A model generated the notes under the pieces. That model had not been told where the DNA came from. It did no database searches and saw nothing but the letters and a program-made list of their open reading frames with translations. Below, in pieces: positions 12,298 to 25,445 of a DNA stretch of 64,000 nt. Source of the stretch: Rhodosorus marinus CCMP1338. Lineage: Eukaryota; Plantae; Rhodophyta. Position 1 is the stretch's first letter, and every line of letters starts with the position of its first letter. Made by a program: the position numbers and the translations under genes. The stretch lies in contig JAMWBK010000004.1 in the NCBI GenBank assembly GCA_029953675.1, forward strand, positions 2,232,001-2,296,000, in the 5' to 3' direction.

Positions 12298-13029
12298 GTT
12301 TTTCCCCCCTAAAAATTAACCATCCAAACCGGGCCTCAAAAACCCTTTCATGATTAAAAATTATCCTGTCAATATTCGGTTCACCGGACATGAATTAAAA
12401 CAACACTCGCACCCACTTAATACCATTATTGTATCTTCAAAAACCCTTCAAAAATCCAAAAACAGAAGGATGGCGAGGAATTGGAAGGGATCGGGGGGTT
12501 GGAGAGTTTTCTCGATCGGTTGTTTAAGTATAGAAACAGTCAAAACTCAATTCACGGGCTAAATACATTCTGATAAATAAAATTTAAGTCGGGGCTAGAC
12601 ATCTTAGAGGGTGGGGTGGATCAAGTGATGAGTAGGAGCAAATTGGTTCAAATATGATTATTTAAATTGTGTTTTGAACTGTTGTAAATACATATCCACC
12701 GGGAAAACTGAATAAATTGGATTTTTGTACTTAATTAATACAGTTGTTGTGTAGTTCCTCGGGAACGTCATCGCCCAATTATATTCCTTCAAAACACGAA
12801 AAAGTTAGAGGAAAAGAATAAGAACTAATTTGGCCTTTTAGGAAACAGCCTTGCTTTCTCACATCATTTCGGGGAACCCGTTGGAGGATGTTTGTCAATA
12901 TAAGCCTAGAAGCTCTTTAAGAAACGACTACCCTTTTTTTTTCTCTAGTCATATTTATTTTGATAGCAATATTCTTGGAGGGGGGGTATAAAATATTTTT
13001 GGACCGGTTACCTCGTCCGGTGTCGTGAA

Positions 13030-13051
13030 GGGAGGGGGGGGCGGGTAGGGG
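13030..13051 (+). other. Canonical G-quadruplex motif
   Basis: GGG-A-GGGGGGGG-C-GGG-TA-GGGG. Confidence 0.5.
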
Positions 13052-13355
13052 TCTAGTTTTGCCGGGCTCGAGAAATTTAATTTCGATTGGATGTATTGAC
13101 TGCTAAATTTTTTTTTGACTGTTATGGTCGTGGACCAGTTCTGATTGGATTGTTATTCTCACTGCCTCAGTTGCCAATAGACTCTTTCCCATACGCTTTC
13201 TGGATGAGTTTTGAGCAAGGAAAGCTTTCTTACAACGACTAGTTGAACCTGCTGCACTACACTCATGGATTGGCTTTCGCATTTGTCATGCTCCTGTTGT
13301 GTTGTGACAGTTCCTAATTCATCTGGGCCTTGCGCAATTTGTGTTCTGGGAAAGC

Positions 13356-13450
13356 CTACCGAGGCGATGTTAAGGATAGTCTGGGTGGGCTGGGTGGCCA
13401 CCCAACCCGGACGGTGGCCACCCAGACTATCCTTAACATCGCCTCGGTAG
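13356..13450. repeat. Perfect 33-bp inverted repeat with a 29-bp spacer that contains a 14-bp palindrome
   Basis: 13356-13388 CTACCGAGGCGATGTTAAGGATAGTCTGGGTGG is the exact reverse complement of 13418-13450. The spacer holds TGGGTGGCCACCCA at 13391-13404. Confidence 0.95.
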
Positions 13451-13675
13451 CCCTCGGCTAGCTCCGAAACAGGCGATCAGCCGAAAACTGAATGCATAGC
13501 GCGTCCGTGCCTTCTCGCCAGCGACCATCGCTAGAACGAATTCTGAACGCATCGACTGAGCCATCAAAGAATAATTAATCGTTTTAATACAAGTATAACA
13601 CCTCCTTCCAACAAAATCGCGTCCAAAAACAAACCAAAATTCTCTCCCCGCGAGACCCGTCCCAAGCGCATAAGC

Positions 13676-14337
13676 TCAAGAAAGCGGCTCTTTACTGCAC
13701 TTTGCCAATCTTTGTTCGAGCTCTGCGAGTTTTTGCTGCTGCTTCTCAACCTACAGACAGAGATCGCGATAACGAAGATGTCAGAACAATGGATGGCGCT
13801 GCAGGTAGATGACATCTTTGACCGGGAATCCACGAACCTTTGCAACAAGAACTGCGTTCTCCGCCTTCAGCGATCTGGCGGTGTCATTCTGACCAACTAT
13901 CCTGCTGATGGAGTTCGTAAGTCGCACATTTGCATCGGGAAGCGTCATGCTGAGCCTCTCCAGTTCGGTAAGGTGTCGCTTGCTTCTTTCTCGTGATGCA
14001 GCGGCAGATTGTCTATTTCGCTCAGCCCTGGGGGATCAGCATCAAAGGTCTGTTCAGCATTTACGGATAACTTGCTTACTTGAAAGATCTACCCAACTCA
14101 CCTTAAACCACTATTCTTTGTCTTCCGGCCGAGCTTCTGCTTCTTCTCCGGTCGAAACGTATCCTGCCGCAGACAGGCTCTCTTCTGCAAGCTCGCCGCC
14201 CGAGGAGATTCCAGAGAAACCAGAGATCCGAACGAAGAGGGATTCGACATGGGAGGAGAAGGCAACGCCTCTTCCTTCACGTTCTCCCCGAAGGAGTCAA
14301 TCAGCTCCATATTCAGATACATAACCCCAGGGTCCAT
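13676..14337 (-). CDS. bZIP transcription factor, three exons (introns 14028-14101 and 13751-13837), about 166 aa
   Basis: The spliced product reads RAERNRQSAAASRERSKRHLTELERLSMTLPDANVRL, which fits N-x7-R-x9-L followed by L/L/I heptads. Donors GTGAGT and GTTCGT, acceptors CCCCCAG and TCTGTAG; frame is preserved. Confidence 0.8.
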
Positions 14338-17300
14338 TTTGAAGAACAGCACAGAGAAACCAACACAGCTAAGATCTCCACTCGCAACGGCGACAGTCCA
14401 AACCTTCCTTCACACCTCCTCCCCCTCCTGCCTTCCCCAACCTGCAGTCTGGCGCTTCGAAGATCATATATTCATAAGCTGCTCTCCTTTCCAACTTGCG
14501 ATCGACCTTGCTACAAGAACAACATTTCAGCCCCCCAAAATAAATGCAGACGAAATCTATCTGTATTTATGACAGCTTATGCTCTGAAAATTCCGGAAGA
14601 GCGGAACAGGTTCGGAGGGCTCAATTTCGATTTGGAACAAATGTAATTTGACGTCCCTCCTCCCCTTCCGTCTCGAATTTAATTGAAAAGGTGAAACCCC
14701 TCGTAATCAAAAGCTCCGCTCGAAGAGGATTCGTAAGGGTATCTCAATGAAAATTGTTTCATTCTCTCATGCGCTACCCCACATCCTGGCACCCACCCTT
14801 TGTCAACTGCTCGACAAAACGAGCTTAGTCTCGAATATACTCCAGAAAAATAATTCTGGTACATAAATGTTTGTTTTTTTTACTTGAGGGGGCCAACCAA
14901 TCTCTCATCCCAGTAAAATATTGGAAAATAGCACCAAAAAACTGTAGATACATTCCCCGTTTGTTTTTTAAAAACAATTGAAATTAAAAAATCGCCCCCC
15001 CCCCTGAAACAACTAAACAATGACGTAACAAAAAAAGAGGATACATTTTTAACAATTTTTGGCTTGCTAGAAAACCTTTCTCTACGTCTAGGAGGAGAAA
15101 AAAAGCAAACGGGAATCATTGTCTGCGCGAATGAAAATTCAATTCTCACAAAAAAGTTTTGGCAACCGTATTTGCCTCCAAAAATGACCCCTCCCATGAC
15201 AAAGCACAGCTTGGGCGATGAGTAGGAATTTGTAGACAAATACACATACTCTAGTGCGTTCATGCACTGCCCCTGGAGGAGTTCAGTTTATTTGAGCAAA
15301 ATTTGAAAACCAACAGAATTAGAATTGGCTCAATTTAGTGTTTGACGGGTCTGTCCTAAATTTTATCAGGCTGATCTTCTTCCCCTTCCCCCCCCCCCCT
15401 ATCCATTTTTAAGGCTAACAAAAGTCCCAAAAGTTTAAGAAATTTCGCCATGATTTTGTTCATGCTGGAGTTATATTTATATACGATCGGGTTTTGTGGC
15501 AACCGATAAACCATTGGAGACAAATATTATTCAATCAACAGTCAGATTGGAATTGGAGTTAAAATAATGATGGTCTCAAATATGGCTGGCGTCTTGACTG
15601 AATACTTGGAAATACAGAGCGAATGTCCGTTTTTCGCAAAATAGCTAGGGTACTGACAGTACCCGTTTTTGTTCCTTATAATCTGTATCTTATATGTAAA
15701 AAAGATATTTAGATCGGATGTTACGATGCCGCTAAATCGCTAAGGATCACGCACAACTGATCCTAATACAGTTTCGGGAGGGCGTGCCTGCCGATAGTTC
15801 AGCCCAATTATTTCTAAAAATTATTTTTTTGATTGTTGACGTGAATACCCTTACAATTCGGACTGTATTGTAGGTTGAGCGGAACCACGATTTATGTACT
15901 TTCCAAGCGACGACCGGATCTGAAACAGAGCTGCTCTTGCAAACGATATTACCCCCTAGGTACTAGAACCGTATCAGAACCAGGTTCTACATAGCCTGTA
16001 TAATAAGTAAAATTAGGTACATATGCGAGAAGACAAGATTTCTGTACCCTCCTTATGCGAACTCCTGCTGCCTGCCAGGGGTTTGATTCCAGCACTCATG
16101 ACAAACATAGATGCCTGCTTTTTTGTCTCTTGAAAATTGTTCCAAGGCAGCTAAAATGCGTATTTTCACCATTCAATCTTTGTTTTTGCATGAAATATCG
16201 ACCCTTTTGTTTGATGTAGGTTGATACGACTCTTGATTTTGTTCTTATTCGTACTATATTTTTGTAATATAGCCGTTTTGAAACCCACGTGCCGGTCATC
16301 TAATTAATAAGGACGAGGCTCAAATACAGTCACGGAACAAACTAATATATACCTCCAAAAACAAAACAAACTGCGAATCGTGTTAGGAACCTCCAATGCT
16401 CTTATGTCAGCTCGCTAGGGGGTATTTGTTGATTTTGTCCCAGACGGAGGTGAATACAGTTTCAGAGACTTCATTGTGCGGCCTAAACATCACTTTGGGA
16501 AATTTTGGAAGTGTAATTCTGGCAGATGGGTCTGCTTTTTTGAGTACTTACAAAGTCTTGCTTGAAGCATATTATGTTCATTCCCCCCCTGCTACAAAGC
16601 AATCTTTGTGTTGAATATTATTTCAAAATGATTAATGCTCGAACGAGCATCTTCTTTTCCGGGGGGTCTTGGAGGATGCCGGTGGTGGGCTTACGGAGGC
16701 GGGGAAGTGACCTGGAAGAGACGGAGGTGTAGATCATGGATATCCAATATCAATACCCCTGATTTTTGTGAACTAAATGACATGCACAACTGTATTTTCA
16801 GCCGAGAAGACTAAATTTGCAGAGAAAGGAACGGGGGGCGATCGCACAAGCTGACGGGTAAAATTGGAAGTTTTCAGCTTTTTTGTTTCACCTGTCCCCT
16901 CCTTGCCTGCGCGCTGGTTAACAAATTACATGTCTTCGAAATTAGTTTTTTTTTGCTCCGCCGTGTGAGCTTTTACATCACGCGCTTTTTCTCCCCGCAC
17001 GTCAAGCGCCATCATATAATTCAGTTTGGTGAAGAATCAGCAAATGACATTTCGCAAATAATTATGCGAAACCACTGTCGCTGAGGAAAAAAAAACAGGG
17101 GGGGCTGGCGTCTGTGTAAGTAGAAAGCGAGCTTGTTATACGTGCTTGACCTTGCTGCTCGTGGATAGCCAGAAAGTTAGTCATAATCTTACAACGTCGT
17201 TTAATATGATCAGTGGAAGATGAAGAACCGGCTACCACTCCGAAGGGCAGCTGTTGGTGACCGTACAACCCAACCAAGGGTTACAGAATGATTCAATAGA

Positions 17301-20300
17301 TGACTTCACTCTCTGTCAAGAGTAAAGCGCTCCCCAAAGTGCCTACCCGTGTATGATGACCTTGTAAGCGAAACGTGGACATCCTTAGTTCGTTCGTACA
17401 AGCAAAAAAGACTTACGCAACCCAGCTCCGGTCCCTCCGGACATTCTCCGATGTGAGTACGTCTCCATGCCTACGAAAGAGCTGCTTCGATTCCGTGTTC
17501 ACAATGTTGGCGAAGCAGTTTGTAAGAGGGCGGGGCCAATTCCGCATACAGAAAGGGCCTTGCTAGTAAGAAGCTATGACAGTGCAGCTACAACATAGAT
17601 GTAGAGAACGAACAGAACTGCCTCAGACGTGCCGAGGGAGAGGAGCAGGATGGTCCGATTTTAGCCTAAGTTCAACGGGACCGCCGGCCGGCCGAAGGAA
17701 GAGTTCCCAATTTCCAACAATCTGCGCTTCTCTCTTCAGACGAGGGGACGTGAGTCACGTCTGTCGAAACGCAATACACTTCCACGGACCTGGCCATCAG
17801 TTGAACTATTTCAGAGACCCATTCTCTCTGATAGGATTGGCTCACTTCGACTTGAGGGTTGTTGTCTGTTAATATTAACATTCATGTATTCGGGTTCATT
17901 GAGAGCTCAGGGCTTGGCTTCGAGACTGTTCTCGCAATCACCATCAGAATCACTTGCTCTTTCCTCCGCTGAGTACTATGCTCTGGCGTTCCCACGCGGC
18001 CCTAATTTTGGAAGGCCCTGCTCTCCCTGTTTCGTCGTCGTCGTTTCCTCATAGACAAGTCTATTTGGCGTAGTTTTTTTTCCTCTCGACAAGCGATGCT
18101 CCAGCTTAACAAATATAACACACAGATTTCCGTATCCGAGAGGCCAAAGTCCCTGCCATTTGGCGATCCCAGCCGAACTAAAAGTGATCCTCGAAATTCA
18201 TCAATAAAGGAAGACTCATGGAATAGCAAGTCTTCCTTGGGTCCTCCATCCAAATTTTTTTTTTCGCTCTTCACCCCTCGCCGTTGCACCAAATGCGAAA
18301 AACATCTAACAATTGTACACGTTGTCGAACGCTCACCAAAGTTTTCTCCTCATCAAACAAAATACTGAAGAAAAAAAAAGAAGCGCGATCCTCACAACCC
18401 ATATTATCATATTATATTGATTAGATATATTTACTACAAATACACATGAGGCACCGCCATAGTCGTATATTTGTTCCCCCACGTGATAAATATAATTTAC
18501 TAAATGCGCGAATACATACTTTTAAGTAAAAACATTGGAATTCATTCGTCAAGAGTTTTTGGTCGTCGGATTTTCCCATCTTCACTACCTCCCTCCTTAG
18601 TTGATCATCCCCAAGTAATGCTTAATGTAGCACTTCCTCGAGAACGAAAATGACTCCAAATTCTCCTATTTTTCTCATTTTGACCGGCCATGTCGTAAAT
18701 ACGATTGTTGAATAGATAGGTTTAAATTTCCTCCACCCCCTGGACAAAAAGTGCCTCCCCAGCAGTTTGTCATTTGAAGTTGGAGGGGGGATGCCCACCG
18801 GTCGTGGGGTGTGGAGGACATCGCACCGTTTCGGTACTCTTTCGAACAGCTAACAACCAATGGATTTGCTTAAAAAGGTGAAGGACGACTAGGAACCAAT
18901 AGATTCTCGAAACGATAGTTGAAATGTTGGTGAGTCTAATCAATTTAGAATGAAAATTCTTTGTTTCTCGTGTGCTACGAATCCGAGGTAAATTTCGCTT
19001 TTCTGGCTTTTTGTTAAATACATTTGTTTGGATGGCTGCCGTGAACAAGAATTTAATTGAGACTGAAGCCCTTCCTATATTTCGGAGGAGTAGGAGAACA
19101 GAGTTTTTGCCCCTGCAAGCCTGGTACAGTTTTTTTCTAAGGGAATCACATCTCTGATCATAAACGCCAAAGTCCTCCTGAATTTCGTTGAATCGCAGGA
19201 TGGGGACTGGGTGGTTTGACGGGAAGAACTGTTCTACAACAGTATTTTGCCATATATACCGATTGTTTTTTTGGTACTCTGGGATTGCCGTGGTCTTGGG
19301 TGGTGGAGGCGATGTGCGAACAAAACGAATGGCTGCAAAATGAGCAAAATGAGCAAAATAGGGTTCCACTTGTTCAAGTTTTTGTGCCTTCCTCTAGGAA
19401 ACCCCATCCTTGCCGCTCAAGCGTCGTTGCCCATTAACAAACGACAACGGTTGGTTCTGGTGTTTGGTGATTGATGCACTGTCGCTTCTAAAAACCTTTT
19501 TTAACTCCTGTTCACGAAGATTCCGCTTTTTGTTCGGGGATCGTGTGTTTGGAATCAACTCTTCATCGCCGCTGCTGGTCCTACCACAGGGTTTGTTTGA
19601 TTTTTCACATTGGGAAGCGGCGATCGACATTTAGGGAATCATCGCGGGACCGGTTTTCGGCTTCAGCGGTCGTGACGTTCAAGCCACCGGAAATTCTGCG
19701 CTGGAAGTATGGTGAGTCTTTTCCAGGGTTTCATGCACTGTTCTTCGTTGACTATGGCTGCTCTGCTGACATCCTCGAGAAAAAATTTTCCCCTGAGTCA
19801 TCTCCCCTTTGATATACGCAATCTCGCCGGGCTTAGGAGCCCAGCGACTAATGCAAACTTCGAGAGCACTTGGGAAGCAGGTCTTGGCAACGCTGGTAAA
19901 GGTTCTAAGGGTCGCCTTCACCGCCTCCGTGTAACTCTGCCGGTCGGTTAGAACGTGTACTACAGTGTACCGCTTGTGGAAACGTCACAGCCGTTTCAGC
20001 CGTCCTCCTGAAATTCTTAGCAACAGGGAGGGCTGAAGAGAAATGAAGCCCTACCGCCACGAGATCTCCAAACCGATCTTGAAGAAGCGGAGTGTCTCTC
20101 CGGCTCTGCCACATAGAAGAATTGCCGAGTCGGACTATGATTCTCTCTTGGCCATAGGAGGGTACGCTCGGGAAGAACGTCCACGGCGTAGCAGGAGACA
20201 CACCTCTAACTTCACTACTAGTCACACTTCCTGAGTAGCCACGGAAGCCAGTCGGCTCCAAAAAACCACAGCTGCAGCACGGCTCTAGCGGAGCTCGTGT

Positions 20301-21127
20301 CACAGGCTAGATAATCCTTCATGTGGAACCTTCAGTTCCGTTTCACTGTAGGCACTCAGTGAAGCTTTTAACCACTTCACGTCACGTCGCGGCGGCGCGA
20401 AGGGTTCCTTTAACTTATTGCGGACGATGCTCAGTGAATTCACACAAGACTTCAATCTATTGGACTATCTCGAACCGAAAAGTCGACGTCTAGGAGGGTG
20501 ATTAAACTTACGATAATAGGCGATTGGACATCTGAAAGTTGAGTGTTGGTTCATAAAGTGCACTTCCATATCCTGAAACAGAACATGCAATGATCTCGTC
20601 GTTCTTCGCATCATCCTTGTATTCCCATGCGAACTCAGAACAGTCTCTTTCCGATTCGTTCAAACCAACTTCCTCTACGAACGCCCGCACTTCCATAGCC
20701 AATACTTGACTCCATTAGTCCAATCAACCTTTCTCCAAAGTCCAATGACGCGCCGGAACGAGGTGTGTCATTCTGAGTTGCGAAATAGCAGGTTGTTTGG
20801 TCTGTATCCCTTTTCATGTTCCCGTTTACCAGATGACTGCGTCATCGTACAAAAAAAAGACCGACAAGGACGAGTTACATCACATCCAGAGCAGTCTAGT
20901 GATATCGGGTAATTCGCCGAATAAAAAAATGCATGCTTGCTCAGAGGCACTAGCTATGAACATGGAAATCTACTCTCGAAGCAAGCTCTCACCGGAACAG
21001 CTGATCGAATTCCCCCTCTCCAAACTGCGGCAGAGGTTCGAAGCACTTGAATACGGAAAACATTCAGGCTTCTCTACATATTTTCCCAAAAAACAGAAAA
21101 GGCGTCCAGATGTCCCGGGTGCGTTCC

Positions 21128-22978
21128 TCAATTTTTGGCCAAGTTCGCACTGGACCGATTATGCTTCATATGCGCTTGTACCAAATGCCCCACGGACAAT
21201 GCTGAAAGCAGGGAAAGCTCTGCGCACATAACTGTTCCAGCAATCACCTTCGCAAGCTTTGCCGAATTTTCTCCAGGAACTGATCCTGTCCCGCGGCAAC
21301 CTAGCATTTCCAGGTTAGCCCCCTGGGGTCCTAGTACTGTTCCACCACCAATCGTTCCCACTTCAATCGAAGGCATCGTAACCATTATGCGAAGATCAGC
21401 ACCCCCGTTGCATTCCTCTAGCAGCGTGATGCAGTTGGCGGATTCAACCACTTGCGCAGGATCCTGACCCGTTGCAAGGAAGACCGCTGACACTATGTTC
21501 GCAGCATGAGCATTATAGCCTCCAATTGAACCCGCCATCGCGGAGCCCACCATGTTCTTCTTATAGTTGATATCGACAAGGCTTGCAACCGAAGTCTTCA
21601 AAACCTTCTTCACCAAGTCGCCCCTTACAATAGCTTCAGCAGAAACCGACTTGCCCCGACCTTCAATCCAGTTTACGGCAGCAGGCTTTTTGTCGGTACA
21701 AAAATTGCCAGAGAGGGATATAACTTCAATGTTAGGAAACTCCTGCAAGAGCATCTCCAGAACACAGTCTGTTCCTTTCGAAACCATGTTCATTCCCATG
21801 GCATCTCCGGAGAAGCACTTGAAACGAATATACAAAAGCCTCCCCGCTATCACGGTCTTGACGCTCTCTAGGCGTCCGTAACGAGTCGTAGAATTGAAAG
21901 CTTCGCTGATCCTGCCCATGTTCATTGGATCGTCCAACCAGCGCTTCACAATTGCGGCTTCCCTCACGCTCGGCAACTGGACACAAGGCGCCCTAGTTAT
22001 CCCATCCGCCACAAGAGTGGTTTCAACCCCACCACTCAAGGATATCGCTTTACACCCCCGATTCGTGGACGCAACAAGGGTTCCCTCTGTTGTAGCCATT
22101 GGCACGTGAAGAACCTCTCCATCAATATGCAGAGGCCCAACAAGTCCGAGGGGCATCGGCAGGTAGCCAACAACAACCTCGCAACATGAGCCGAACACTG
22201 TTTCGTAGTCATAACCTTCAAAAGGTACACCCTCAAAGTTCATCATGTTCTTCTGTGAGAAATATTCTCTCCGGATGCGCACAGCTCTTGCAGTGTCACC
22301 AAGTTTCTTCTCCAAAGCGTGTACGCTCATCTCTCCGCTTTGCAACTTTGCAAGCACTTGCTCATCTTCCAGCAGCTTCAAATTATTACTAGAACCAGTA
22401 CCAATCGAAGCAATGCTAGAGCTAGATGATACAGCCCTCAGAGCTGAATCTGAGGAGAAAATCGATCGATTCAGCAAGCTTGGAGCTCGGTCGTTGCGAC
22501 CAACAGCACCCTCAAGAGAGGGGGGTATTGGTGCCCGCAAAGAGTGGTTCAACTTGGCAGAATGATTCTCGCATTGGACTCCCTTTTCAACTCCTGCAGG
22601 GATCCACGTCTGCAATCTCAACACTCCGGAATTCAATTCCTCCTGGTTCAAAGCGACTTCTTGGAGAATTCCCTGTTCCTCGCCTCTGTGAGGTACAGCA
22701 ATTGTCTAAAATCCCGAACGAGATACAAAATGAGTACAGGAGACCAACTTACAAGTCCGACTACGTACCAAAGGGAGTGGGTTACTCGTTTTGCTTACCC
22801 TATAGACTCTGCGAGTTAGTTGCCCGGTCTTTGACTCCGCAATGTAAGTTATTACAGAGTCGGACAATTCTGCAATGCCCGGCCAAAATAAAATGAAAAC
22901 AGAGACGAAGAACAACCCTACGAGCTTCAGCCCAATCCCGGGTACGCCAAGCTGCTCCAGCAAAGCCTCCGCAGACAT
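21128..22978 (-). CDS. HMGR: Class I HMG-CoA reductase with N-terminal membrane anchor; one intron at 22706-22798
   Basis: PMATTEGTLVASTNRGCKA, GDAMGMNM, GNFCTDKKPAAVNWIEGRGKSV, GTIGGGT and C-terminal HMKHNR. A phase-0 intron GTAAGC...TTTTAG joins the hydrophobic exon 1. Confidence 0.97.
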
Positions 22979-25079
22979 AATTCGAAAAAAATGGCAACAA
23001 TCTCACAAACCAACCCTAAACCTTCGCCTAAAACGCTCACAACGAGCCCTAACCGCTCATTCGCAAAGTCCCTTCTCTGCGGCTTTTCAGTTTAAAACCC
23101 GAGGAGCGTAGGTATGGCAGGCGGAGGGTCTTTCAACACCTATGCACCCGCCTAATCCTCAAACACATTCACTCCTTCCCCACTACTCAAAGCCAACTCC
23201 CACAAACAATAACACAAGCCCACACCCACCCCCTTCCCTCCGGCAAACCCCACTGCAAAATACCTAGAACCCAAACAAGCCCATCTTCTTTCCCACCAGC
23301 ACCCACCCCACTTCAAGAGTATAAGAACATAACTTCAGGCAACCGACCCTATTCAAACTCAACCTTCCATACGTACTTCTCACCTTCGACTTATCACCTA
23401 CCTCACAAACGTTCCCACAACCTCTTCTCATCCCCGCTACTTTCCTCCCGCTACTTTCCTCCCGCCACCATCCCAGTCATCCATGAACTCTCCACCAGCT
23501 CTTCCCATCCCCAAGAACTGAAAACCGGGAAAATCTACTCAATTCGGGACGCTTTGACTGCAAGCCAAAACGCCAACCGTTTTTCAAACCCACCCCACCA
23601 CACCCTCTGCAGAGTAATTTAATTCTCACCTATATAGTCAAAAAAATAAACACCAACACGCTTTCCTCCTTTTTTTTTCCCCCTTCCCCCCCCTATCAAA
23701 GCTCCTTTTTTCAACCATCAGCACGGACAAAGTAGAAACACGTAAATTCCAACCCTAAAAATTTTACCATACAGCGAGCAGCCCTATATTATTGTATGGA
23801 AAAACCTGAAAATATAAGGATGGATGCATTGCCTATTGCAAAAGAATGGAAGCGAATTCCGGAGAGGGGGGGTGGAGGGGGGGTTGGGAAACTAAGAAAA
23901 AAAAGGAGACGGGTGATCGCAAACACCTTTACGAGAATTTGTCCCCTTGAATTAGTACGAACCGTTAGGCACCCTGAGAACGAATATTTGTACTGTTTAT
24001 TCTGCAACGAACTCTGTTATTTTGTAAATTCAGTGCTTATAGTGTATATTACGATGATAATTACTGTTTGAGTCTAAACCTGGTTGAGTGTACGGGTAAC
24101 AATTTTTTTTTTGGGGGTACGATGGAGAAAGATAAGTTATCCGCAACCCCCTGCGTACCGTTTACGCGACGTTGTTTGATTACATTGATGTTGAGTGGCA
24201 TCCGTTGTGTGAAGCCAAAATTGCTTGTTTTCGCATAATCGCTTCCAGCATGTACTAAAAATCAATAGATTATTGAATACCTAGACCACCAATGGTTAAT
24301 CAGCGATCATCTTTAGGAATCACAGAAAAGCGCATTTTTTTTCTTTTTAGGGGGGAGTGGCAGTAAACAGGAGTAATCTACATTGTACCATCTATCTCAA
24401 GGATTTTTGAAATCCGTTTTCCAGCCCTCAGCCCATCGGCCTCTATTCTGTACTCAACAGAGAATTTTGATGAAAACCACCCCGTTTCCCGCCCATTTCC
24501 TTTTCAGTATTAGCTCCCCCCCCTTTTCAGATTATCTCCTCCATCTTGTGCATCTAAAAATAAAAGAATAACGGAAGAAATATAGATGATATGGCGAATG
24601 CATTCGAATTCATAACCGAGCTAACCCCCCCCCCTCTTTCACCCTGGTGGGTCATCGAACTCGACACCCCTTTCAACACAGAGCAGAAAAAAAAAAAGAG
24701 GGACAACTGACTACAACAAACATAGGTTTAATACTGACGTAAGGCGCGCTCTTCAAGAACTTCTTCGTTTCTCCGTTTGCATAACAAAATAAACGATGTA
24801 TATCGGTTACTACATGCTTAAATATTTCAAGTTTTCAACATGAGTGTATTGTGTTGATTTATATAATTCAAGCAAAATTCAACCGACACCAGAACGGACC
24901 TCCTAGAGCGATAGGATTCGGATAAGCCTCTCAGTCAAAGCCATGCCCTAAAGGCCGCTCTCAATCAAACCAACGGAGGGGCTAATCTCAAACAAATCAT
25001 CTCAAAGATCTAACAATCGGCCAGCTGAACATGAAGTATCCCATCGCCGTTAAACATGACTGCGGTTGCTGATGCTCCC

Positions 25080-25445
25080 AATCAAGTCATCTCAACGCCC
25101 TTTCCATCAACCAATGCCTACTGATACGAGTGAAGTTAGTCAGTCACTGGTGAGTAAATGTTCTCACTGCCGTGAAACACAACTACTAAGCTTGTGTGCT
25201 CTCGAATCAAGTCATCTCAGGGCTCTGTCAATCAGCAGTATCTACTGACCCGAGTAAAGTCAGTCAGTACTGTTGAGTAAATACACTTATTGCCTTGAAA
25301 CATAACTGAGGGCTTTTGCTGGTGGACCTTAATCCAGTCCTCTCAAAGCCCTCCCAACCAGGCAATATCTACTGACCCGAGAAATGTCAGTGAGAACTAC
25401 TAGTATGAGTAGATGCGCTCACTGCCCGGAAACACAACTAGTTAC
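25080..25445. repeat. Diverged tandem triplication, 125-126 bp period
   Basis: aatc(a/c)agtc(a/c)tctca at 25080, 25205 and 25331. Shared ctactga...cgag, gagta.at and gaaaca.aact blocks. Confidence 0.8.

Noticed and set aside
11843-12300. Hammerhead, SRP or group II domain V interpretation
   Set aside because: Only partial look-alikes (ccgatgaag, cccaagtgggg, gagagcc). The required CUGANGA+GAAA, CAGG/AGCAG and AGC-triad geometries are not present.
13370-13430. Group I intron P7-like ATAGTCT / AGACTA pair
   Set aside because: The elements are in the wrong order and are simply part of the perfect inverted repeat.
17747-17761. GACGTGAGTCACGTC (AP-1/ACGT-like dyad)
   Set aside because: 7-bp arms with a 1-nt spacer are expected several times by chance, and there is no identified downstream gene.
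18770-19369. 199-aa minus-strand ORF
   Set aside because: GTG start, no recognisable motif, and the local skew points to the opposite strand.
19330-21100. Coding-like patches with splice-like sites
   Set aside because: No consistent exon chain or recognisable domain could be built by hand.
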